Part shown: positions 27,347 through 35,369 of the stretch, piece after piece
Layout of the letters: the number at the start of each line of letters is the position of its first letter
How positions within the stretch are numbered: position 1 is the stretch's first letter
Source of the DNA: a virus
Lineage: Duplodnaviria > Caudoviricetes
DNA: 62,171 nt
Reading direction: 5' to 3' (one strand)
IMG/VR virus record: IMGVR_UViG_3300044613_000656
Location: 1 to 62,171 of that record
Made by a program: the position numbers and the translations under genes
Notes under the pieces: model-generated
Databases searched by the model: none
Told to the model about the DNA's origin: nothing
Seen by the model: the letters and a program-made list of their open reading frames with translations, nothing else

Positions 27347-29230
27347 ATGCCGTTCATACCTTTAAAATTTAGACCCGGAGTCAATCGAGACACCACCAAC
27401 TATGCCGGTGAGGGCAATTGGTGGCAGATGGACAAGATCCGTTTCCTGTCGGGTTTCCCTCAAAAGATTGGTGGTTGGGTTAAATCTACGCCAAATACAT
27501 TCCTTGGCACCTGCCGGGGGTTGTGGAATTGGGTTACGACTTTCTCTGATAACTTCTTAGCAGTTGGTTCTAATCTCAAACTTTATATTGAGGCTGGTGA
27601 TTATTTTTATGACATCACGCCTCTACAGGCAACTACTGCCGCCGGAGATGTGACGTTTATTGCCGCCAACGGATCTTCTTCGGTCACGGTGGTAGATGCA
27701 AGTAACCCAGCCAAGGTCGGAAACTATGTGACTTTTAGTGGTGCAACTTCTCTTGGTGGGAACATAACGGATACTATTCTTAATACTAATCACGAGATTG
27801 CCACGCTGGTTAACTCCAATGCATACACAATCGTCGTTCCGGCTACAGCCAATGCATCTGATTCTGGTAATGGTGGCGCAGCCACTATTGGATATTACGA
27901 CATTGACATAGGTGAGGTTTTAACCATTTACGGATACGGCTGGGGTGCTGGCACTTGGGGCCGACTTGGATGGGGCCTTGGGTCAATTGTTCCGGTAATT
28001 ACTCCGGCTAGGGTGTGGTGGTATGACAACTTTGACAATGATTTAGTTGCCAATATTCAGGACGGCCCAATCTACTATTGGGAGCGGGGAGCAACAGTTA
28101 ATCCAACTACAGCGTTAGGAACTCGGGCGGCGCTAATGTCTTCTTTTGGAGGTGCTAGTAATGTACCAGTCAGGGCAGGTCAGGTTCTTGTCTCGCAGCA
28201 GGATAAACATTTGCTCGCTTTTGGGAGTGTGCCTTATGGTAGTTCTAATGTGGATGATTTTGACCCCCTTCTTATTAGGTGGACTAATCAAGACGATCCT
28301 TTCAACTGGACTCCAACCGCGACGAATACGGCAGGCTTTATCCGAGTATCTCGTGGATCAAGGATTGTCAGGGCGATCCCGACACGTCAGGAGATTTTGA
28401 CGTTTACAGATTCACATCTTTACACGCTTCAGTTTACGGGTACAACAGATGTGTTTGCGTTACAAGAGTACGCCGACAATATTTCGATTGCAGGCTCCCG
28501 TGCAGTGGCAACGGCTAATAACATTACATTCTGGATGGGGCAAGATAAGTTCTATGCCTATACTGGTCGAGTAGAAACCTTACCTACAACGCTACGTAAT
28601 CAAGTATTCGGAGATATTAACCTTGATGCTGGGTATGCAATTATTGCCGGTACAAACGAGGGCTGGCAGGAAGTCTGGTGGATGTATCCCAGTGCTTCTT
28701 CTAACTATCCTAACCGGTATGTAATTTTTAACTACAACGAGAAGATTTGGTACTACGGCACGATTGACCGGACAGGCTGGCTGGATTCGCCACTACGTAA
28801 CTTCCCAATGGCTGTTAACACACCGCTTGGTTCAAAGACCGGCACACTCTATTTCCACGAAGATGGGGTTAACGATGATACCCTCCCAATGGAGTCATAC
28901 ATTATTTCAAATGACTTTGACCTCGCTGATGGTGAGCAATTTATGCTTACTCGCCGCATACTGCCCGATATTAACTTTGATGGGTCTACAGCAGCGCAGC
29001 CAGAAGTCAAGATCCAACTCCGCCCACGTCGATTCCCCGGAACCTCGGCTACGGCTAGTCCCACGGATGAAAAACGGGTAGTAGAAGTATCTGCTAATAC
29101 CTACACTGATGAGATCTTTATCCGTGCCCGTGGTCGCCAGATGGGATTTAAAGTTAGTTCCACAGACCTTGGTGTGCAGTGGCAGTTGGGAGTACCGCGC
29201 CTTGATGCAAGACCAGACGGTAAGAGATAA
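27347..29230 (+). CDS. Probable tail nozzle/hub (beta-propeller) protein
   Basis: 627 aa; PQKIGGW, LLIRW, FWMG, EVWWMYPS, IRARGRQ, ends PDGKR. Confidence 0.75.
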   Translation: MPFIPLKFRPGVNRDTTNYAGEGNWWQMDKIRFLSGFPQKIGGWVKSTPNTFLGTCRGLWNWVTTFSDNFLAVGSNLKLYIEAGDYFYDITPLQATTAAGDVTFIAANGSSSVTVVDASNPAKVGNYVTFSGATSLGGNITDTILNTNHEIATLVNSNAYTIVVPATANASDSGNGGAATIGYYDIDIGEVLTIYGYGWGAGTWGRLGWGLGSIVPVITPARVWWYDNFDNDLVANIQDGPIYYWERGATVNPTTALGTRAALMSSFGGASNVPVRAGQVLVSQQDKHLLAFGSVPYGSSNVDDFDPLLIRWTNQDDPFNWTPTATNTAGFIRVSRGSRIVRAIPTRQEILTFTDSHLYTLQFTGTTDVFALQEYADNISIAGSRAVATANNITFWMGQDKFYAYTGRVETLPTTLRNQVFGDINLDAGYAIIAGTNEGWQEVWWMYPSASSNYPNRYVIFNYNEKIWYYGTIDRTGWLDSPLRNFPMAVNTPLGSKTGTLYFHEDGVNDDTLPMESYIISNDFDLADGEQFMLTRRILPDINFDGSTAAQPEVKIQLRPRRFPGTSATASPTDEKRVVEVSANTYTDEIFIRARGRQMGFKVSSTDLGVQWQLGVPRLDARPDGKR

Positions 29231-29232
29231 GC

Positions 29233-30210
29233 ATGGCGTTAGAAAAATTCCGCGCCTCTCCGTTACCTATACCCCCTTCGGAGTACAGCCCAGAGCACTT
29301 TAGGCAACTTATACGGGTGCTGGAATTATATTTTTCACAACTAGACTCGCTTACTCCTAATCAAGCAGAGTCGTACCGTGCAGATAACTTTTATGGTGGC
29401 AACTTTATCGGAGACTTAACTGGAGATGTGGTGGCAGATGTTGCCACAATAAAACTTCTTAACACGATACAAGCCTACATACAGGCCGCAACGATTAGCA
29501 CCCTATCAACTAACTATGCCCGGATCCAATCTCTACTAAATAACCGCATAGTCACCAAAGATATTATGGCTGACCATATGTACGCCGGAGATTTTGAAGG
29601 GTTTGGTGACGGAGTTATATTTCCTCACATAGCCGCATCGGACTCAACAGATCAAGTGGCTGGTGGAGACGATACACCTACAGCAGTAGAATTTAATACT
29701 CTTGATTCTGGATTTGGCTGGACGCTAAACGCACCGGGATCTGCTACGTCTACTTACGCCGGTGTGTATAAAATTACTTATAGTATTCAGTTTATAAATA
29801 CAGCAAACGCTATTCACTACGCTACCGTCTGGCTTAAAGTTAATAATAGCGACATACCTAATTCGTCCACAATTTTTACCGTGCCCGCTCGTAAAAGTGC
29901 TAGTCCGGGTGAAGAAGGTTATGTCTGTGGGTACTCTGAAATTACATTTGAAATAGATGCTGGGGATGAAATTGAGTTGTATTGGGCAACGGATTTGGCT
30001 GGCAACCCTACAACCCCAACAGACGGTGTTTATCTGTATCACGACACTGCTTGGACTACCCCAACCAATCCCTATGCCCGCCCAGCCGTTCCGTCGGTTA
30101 TAGGTTCAATCACGTTTGTTTCGGCTCTAAACAAGGTCAAAGTAGCCCCCCTCCCGGTCTATGGATACGGTCAGGTGGGGGCTGTTACAGTTACCACAAA
30201 TCTAGGATAA
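29233..30210 (+). CDS. Tail-associated protein
   Basis: LPIPP..Y....F.QL...LELYFSQL start, coiled segment, C1q/BclA-like beta C-terminus (GVYKITYSIQF). Confidence 0.65.
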   Translation: MALEKFRASPLPIPPSEYSPEHFRQLIRVLELYFSQLDSLTPNQAESYRADNFYGGNFIGDLTGDVVADVATIKLLNTIQAYIQAATISTLSTNYARIQSLLNNRIVTKDIMADHMYAGDFEGFGDGVIFPHIAASDSTDQVAGGDDTPTAVEFNTLDSGFGWTLNAPGSATSTYAGVYKITYSIQFINTANAIHYATVWLKVNNSDIPNSSTIFTVPARKSASPGEEGYVCGYSEITFEIDAGDEIELYWATDLAGNPTTPTDGVYLYHDTAWTTPTNPYARPAVPSVIGSITFVSALNKVKVAPLPVYGYGQVGAVTVTTNLG

Positions 30211-30217
30211 TCCTAAT

Positions 30218-32512
30218 ATGAACGGTATTTCTTCTCTCTACCAAATGACCCCTACAGGTGTCCCCTTTAGAACCGGGATGCGGGGGGAATCTACTACCGA
30301 GCAAAGATACTTTGTCCCCGGTTTTTCTACTGCCCCCGTTATACCCCTAACCCCCGAGCAACAAGCCAACCAAATGATGGCGGCTCAGAGAAGTAATTAC
30401 GACGGTGGTGGGGGGGATAGCACCGGCGCTCCTTCGGGGCCTACTTCTTCACCTACTATGGGTTCTAGTGGTGGTCTAGGGGGAATAGCCCAAACTCTTG
30501 GGGGTATAACTGCAAGTTTGCAAAATACTTTTGGCCCTTTTGCTCATGCTATCCCCGGTTATGGCCTAATGAACGCTGCGTCAAATATAGGTCAAGATTT
30601 AGCGATAGACGCAAACGCAAGGGCTGACGCCGCTTTAGCCAGAGCCAATGAGCAGGCTAATCAAGCCAGAGTTACATCGCCATTTTTTAGTTTTGGGCCA
30701 CAAGTTACTACTGCTGTTGATATAGCCCCTGTAGCCGGTTCAATCCCCGGAACACAGCAAGTTAGTCCTATAGCCCCTGATGTAGTCGCACCGGGGATTC
30801 CTGTAACAGATTTAGACGTAAATGTTGACCCTACAGCCGCTTTGACGGCTATGAATCAAGCGCAGAAAGCGGAAGAACAAGAGCAATCTAGTGTGCCCGC
30901 CGTAGCCGCTACTGTTGCTGAAGCCCTATCTTTTGCTGACACCCAAGATCAAGAGGCTGGTCAAAACGTAGGCACCCCCGCTGGTACTACCACAACTACC
31001 TCAGATCAAGGCGGAGGGGGTGGAAGTGAGGGTGCTCCCGGTGGCTACAGCACTGAGGCTACCATAGGTGTTGATGCAAATGATACTCCCGGTGATAGCA
31101 CACCTAGCGATGGAGCAGAAAATAGCGGGGTTTATTTTAAGGGTGGTCGGGTTATGAATTACGCACAAGGTGGTGTCGCCTCCCTAGCCAATCAGGTTCA
31201 GTCTCAAGGCCGTGGTCAAGACAAGATGCTTGTCCACATGACCCCTCGGGAAGTCCAAGGATTGCAGTACCTAGCCATGCGGCATGGTGGCTCTCTTAGT
31301 ATTAACCCTAGAACTGGTCTCGTTGAGGCAGGGTTCTTAAGTTCAATCCTCCCAATGGTCGCTGGTGCGGCCTTGGCTGCTACAGGGGTTGGTGCTCCTA
31401 TGGCGGCATTGATGGTAGGTGGTGGCTACGGTCTGGCTACAGGGAGCCTTACAAAAGGTCTTATGGCTGGTCTAGGGGCGTTTGGTGGGGCTGGTCTAGG
31501 GGCTGGGCTTTCTGCGGCTGGAGCCACGGCTTCCCCGGCTTTAACAGGAACTACAACGGGTCTAGCCGGAGCGCCTGAACTTGCGTCTCAAACACTTTCA
31601 CAGGCGGCTCCACAGGCTATTGAACTATCGGGGACTGCGGCTGATGCGTTTGGTATGTACCCAACAACACCTCTTACCTCGTCAGCGGCCTACACGCCTC
31701 AAGGATTACAAACTCTAGCGGCTCAACAACAAGCAGATGCCGCTATGAATGTTATTGCTACCCCATCAAGTACGGTTGTTTCTCCGGGTGGCTTTGGTTC
31801 AACAGTTAAACAAATGGGGACAGGTCTTTCCAACGTAGTCCAAGGCACCGAAGGCGCTCGCGGCGCATTTATGAGTTCCGTTGGTGGCCCGATGGGGTTA
31901 GCCAAATACGGCGGTGCAGCCGCCGCTCCGATACTGGCTGGTGGGTTTGGGGATCAGTCTTCTGGTCTGCCTATCCAAGAGCAGTTTATTCGCCCCTTTA
32001 GATATGGAACAGGTCGGCAAAATGTGCCGTATCGCACGGGTGAGCGTGGGGAATCTACTGCCGAACAAACATATTTTGATTCTCGTTTTACTCCTGTTGG
32101 CGTTTACAAGGCGGGTACTGAACCCGCTTATGGGACATACGCTCAAGGTGGCACAATAGATCCAGACTACAACATGGAAGTTGACCGCAATTCTGGGTTC
32201 TCTGATGACTTTTACGGTGGTGGATTAACGGCCTTGGCTGCTGGCGGTAGTCCCAATAAACCTCGGTTTTTGATGGGCAAGGGTGACGGTATGAGCGACT
32301 CCATCCCTGCCACTATTAACGATACACAACCCGCACGGCTGGCTGATGGTGAGTTTGTCATTCCGGCTGATGTGGTCTCACATCTTGGTAATGGGTCTAG
32401 TAAGGCAGGGGCTGCTAAATTACATTCCATGATGAACCGCATCCGTAAAGCACGGACAGGTAAAAACCGTCAAGCCCCTGAAGTAAGGGCGGAAAGATAT
32501 ATGCCCGCATGA
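30218..32512 (+). CDS. Internal virion/ejection protein
   Basis: GRGQDKMLVHMTPREV, INPRTGLVEA, hydrophobic Gly/Ala segments, C-terminal GDGMSDSIPA...LADGEFV. Confidence 0.75.
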   Translation: MNGISSLYQMTPTGVPFRTGMRGESTTEQRYFVPGFSTAPVIPLTPEQQANQMMAAQRSNYDGGGGDSTGAPSGPTSSPTMGSSGGLGGIAQTLGGITASLQNTFGPFAHAIPGYGLMNAASNIGQDLAIDANARADAALARANEQANQARVTSPFFSFGPQVTTAVDIAPVAGSIPGTQQVSPIAPDVVAPGIPVTDLDVNVDPTAALTAMNQAQKAEEQEQSSVPAVAATVAEALSFADTQDQEAGQNVGTPAGTTTTTSDQGGGGGSEGAPGGYSTEATIGVDANDTPGDSTPSDGAENSGVYFKGGRVMNYAQGGVASLANQVQSQGRGQDKMLVHMTPREVQGLQYLAMRHGGSLSINPRTGLVEAGFLSSILPMVAGAALAATGVGAPMAALMVGGGYGLATGSLTKGLMAGLGAFGGAGLGAGLSAAGATASPALTGTTTGLAGAPELASQTLSQAAPQAIELSGTAADAFGMYPTTPLTSSAAYTPQGLQTLAAQQQADAAMNVIATPSSTVVSPGGFGSTVKQMGTGLSNVVQGTEGARGAFMSSVGGPMGLAKYGGAAAAPILAGGFGDQSSGLPIQEQFIRPFRYGTGRQNVPYRTGERGESTAEQTYFDSRFTPVGVYKAGTEPAYGTYAQGGTIDPDYNMEVDRNSGFSDDFYGGGLTALAAGGSPNKPRFLMGKGDGMSDSIPATINDTQPARLADGEFVIPADVVSHLGNGSSKAGAAKLHSMMNRIRKARTGKNRQAPEVRAERYMPA

Positions 32513-32934
32513 ACTTAGATTTTTCTTTGGTGCCTTATGGGGTGTTATCGACAGCCATCCCAAAAGTCATTAAGTATTTAGAAGTTTCTGAGAGTTGGAC
32601 AAGAGGTAGATCGACAACAGATGACATCTTAAAGTTTTTATTTACCGGTCAGATGCAGTTATGGGTAGTGCTAGACGACAAAGAAATCTACGGTCAAATA
32701 ATTACAGAGATTAAGCAGTATCCGCAGTGCAAGATGTTAGTAATTCAGTATTGCTCGGGTGAGAAGAATCACATGAAGTTTGTAGAAGATAAGGTATACG
32801 ACACCTTAGAGCGATACGCAAAAGATTGTGGTTGTGCTGGTATCGAGTTAATAGGTAGGCCGGGCTGGCACAAACACGTTGTAAAACGAGGCTACGAGAC
32901 AAGAAGTGTGATGTATCAAAAGTTCTTTGGATGA
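32509..32934 (+). CDS. GNAT-like acyltransferase among ejection genes
   Basis: MQLWVV...TEI..YP...GCAGIELIGRPGW. Confidence 0.55.
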   Translation: MNLDFSLVPYGVLSTAIPKVIKYLEVSESWTRGRSTTDDILKFLFTGQMQLWVVLDDKEIYGQIITEIKQYPQCKMLVIQYCSGEKNHMKFVEDKVYDTLERYAKDCGCAGIELIGRPGWHKHVVKRGYETRSVMYQKFFG

Positions 32935-33947
32935 GGCAAAAGATGAGCCGAAATAATTATGCGTTACTAGAATCTGGTTGGATACCGGGACACCCTGATG
33001 CGTTTAAACCAAACGCAGTAGGCAAGATTTGCCTATACGATGGTGGTGGTGGCGGTGGTAGCCCTCAACCTTCTTCAGTTTCTCAAACCACAATCCCTGA
33101 GTATGCCAAACCATACGCCGAACGTGCTCTTGGTAAAGCCGAAGCATTAACGGATTCGCCCTATCAGACTTACGGTGGTGAACGACTTGCAGGGTCTACG
33201 CAAGAGCAATTAGCCGCTCGTCAGTCGGTGGCTGGTATGCAACTACCCGGTCAGTTTGCTGCTGGTACTGGATTGGCTGGTGCGGGAGGACTAAGTGCTC
33301 TAGGTGCTGGACAACAATATATGGGTATGGCTACTGACCCGATGGCGCAGCAAGCCTTTATGTCCCCCTATATGCAGAACGTGGTTGACCTGCAAAAGCA
33401 AGAAGCCATCCGTGATGCACAAAAAGGATTGATAGGACAAAATCTAGCAGCGGCTCGTCAGGGTACATATGGTGGTGCTCGTCAAGAATTAGCAAAGACT
33501 GAAAGAGACCGTAATCTTCAGCAAAATCTAGCCAATATTCAGGCATCTGGCACACAGAAAGCCTATGAAGACGCAATCCGTGGTATGCAGTTTGGCACTC
33601 AGATCGGATTACAAGGCGCAGGTCAAGCCGCGCAAGCCGGTGCTACATTAGGTCAGTTGGGTATCGGTCAGCAACAAACTGGACTGGACTTGGCTAAAGC
33701 ACAGGAAGCCTTTGGTGGCCTTGGTCGTGCGGAGCAACAGGCCAAACTTGACTTGGCATATCAGGACTTCTTACAGCAACAGCGCTATCCGTATGCCCAA
33801 CTTGGATTTATGTCTGACATCTTACGTGGCTCTGGCAATCTTGCCGGGACTGGCGGGCGTGCAGTTTATGAGGCTCCTCCCTCGACAACTCAGAACTTGA
33901 TGCAGTTAGGTCTAGGTGGGCTTGGTTTATACAAAGGACTTGGTTAA
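32931..33947 (+). CDS. Internal virion/DNA transfer protein
   Basis: GGGGGG after leader, FMSPYMQNVVD, GTYGGARQ, Q/A/G-rich, hydrophobic C-terminus. Confidence 0.75.
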   Translation: MRQKMSRNNYALLESGWIPGHPDAFKPNAVGKICLYDGGGGGGSPQPSSVSQTTIPEYAKPYAERALGKAEALTDSPYQTYGGERLAGSTQEQLAARQSVAGMQLPGQFAAGTGLAGAGGLSALGAGQQYMGMATDPMAQQAFMSPYMQNVVDLQKQEAIRDAQKGLIGQNLAAARQGTYGGARQELAKTERDRNLQQNLANIQASGTQKAYEDAIRGMQFGTQIGLQGAGQAAQAGATLGQLGIGQQQTGLDLAKAQEAFGGLGRAEQQAKLDLAYQDFLQQQRYPYAQLGFMSDILRGSGNLAGTGGRAVYEAPPSTTQNLMQLGLGGLGLYKGLG

Positions 33948-33957
33948 GGGGTAAGAC

Positions 33958-35367
33958 ATGGCACAGGCTAGTCCAGCAGTAAATCCGAGTGTTGACTTTT
34001 TGGCGATGTCTCGCCGTATTCCATTTATGGATGAGCAACAGTTGGCTTCACTAACCGCAACCAAAGAGTATGGTTCTTTGGCACTTGCTGAAGTATCTCG
34101 GCGTAATAGAGAGCGGTTGATGGCAGAGGCGGCAAAACAAGCACAGGAAGCGGGTGGTAGCGGTACGGTTGCAGACCGTGAACTTGCTGCACTTGCACAA
34201 CAACAGTTTGCTGATAAGTTAGCCGCAGACGAAAGCATGGGATTAAACAATCTTGTAGCCCAAGCCGAGCAGGGTGGGCTTGAGTTTGGTGAGCCTTACG
34301 GTGAGACTGCTGAGATGGCTGGCGGTGGGATGGTTGCTTTTGACCGTGGTGGTGAAGTACCGGGATTTGCCGCTGGTGTTTTTCTTGGCCCTGCAATTCA
34401 GGGTGCTCGCGCCCTTGGCCCTCTCGCTATGCGTGGCCTTACTGGGCTTCGTGAAGTAATAAGAAGGAACCCTAAGAAAACCACAGCGCTTACGGGTATT
34501 GCCTCTGGTGTCCCATTTGGTCTTGGCATGATGGGTGAAGATGAGGAAGGAGCATTTAGCCCAGAAGAACTACAGCGGCAATACGAAGTCCAAGATATTC
34601 AGGAAGGTCGAGGTGGTAGTGATGTTGCAAGCGCTGGTCAAGGAATTGCCGGAAAGGACATAGTTGCCGCTGCCCGACGCCGTGGTTTAGGTTTAGAAGA
34701 TGACCCAAGAGCGATTTTGAGACAGATTAAAGAGTTGGAAAGAGAACAAGGTCTTGGTGAATTTGGGGCTAAAACAAAAGAATTACAGGCAAAACGCCGT
34801 GGTGATGTTGAAGCCATGTACGCAAAAGCCGGTGAGTCTGAGCCTTTCTTAAGAGCGGCTAAGGCTGTGGGTGGAAAACGCAAGAGTGGATTAGAAGCCC
34901 TAGCGGCTGCGGTGGGTGCTGGTGGTGAGTCTATGGCTGAACTGCGCCGTGAAAAGGCTGGGGCTATGGACAAGTTGGCTCAAGGTGAAGAGCGCATGGC
35001 TTTGGCAGAAGAACAATACCTGCGTGGCAATGTTAAAGACGCTACCACAATGGCAAATCAGGCTAAGAAAGACATATTTAGTGCTGACATTAAGTTGCAA
35101 GAACTTGGCATGAAGCAGTCTTATTACGACGCATTAGGTCTTGCCGCAAAAGCCAAGGCTTCAGGTGGTGCTGGGTTTAAACTTGGAGATGTAACTAGGG
35201 CAACACAAGCCATAAATGAACTACAAACTCAGTTAAGGATGCTTGATCCCAAGAAAGATAAGCAAGCAATTGCCGAAACGCAAAGACTTATTAATATTCT
35301 TAAAGGTGGCGTAGGCATGGCATACGCTCGTGGCACGGGCGCAACCTTAGAAGATACCCCAGACTAA
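33958..35367 (+). CDS. Internal virion/ejection protein
   Basis: MAGGGMVAFDRGG motif, helical Ala/Glu-rich. Confidence 0.7.
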   Translation: MAQASPAVNPSVDFLAMSRRIPFMDEQQLASLTATKEYGSLALAEVSRRNRERLMAEAAKQAQEAGGSGTVADRELAALAQQQFADKLAADESMGLNNLVAQAEQGGLEFGEPYGETAEMAGGGMVAFDRGGEVPGFAAGVFLGPAIQGARALGPLAMRGLTGLREVIRRNPKKTTALTGIASGVPFGLGMMGEDEEGAFSPEELQRQYEVQDIQEGRGGSDVASAGQGIAGKDIVAAARRRGLGLEDDPRAILRQIKELEREQGLGEFGAKTKELQAKRRGDVEAMYAKAGESEPFLRAAKAVGGKRKSGLEALAAAVGAGGESMAELRREKAGAMDKLAQGEERMALAEEQYLRGNVKDATTMANQAKKDIFSADIKLQELGMKQSYYDALGLAAKAKASGGAGFKLGDVTRATQAINELQTQLRMLDPKKDKQAIAETQRLINILKGGVGMAYARGTGATLEDTPD

Positions 35368-35369
35368 AA

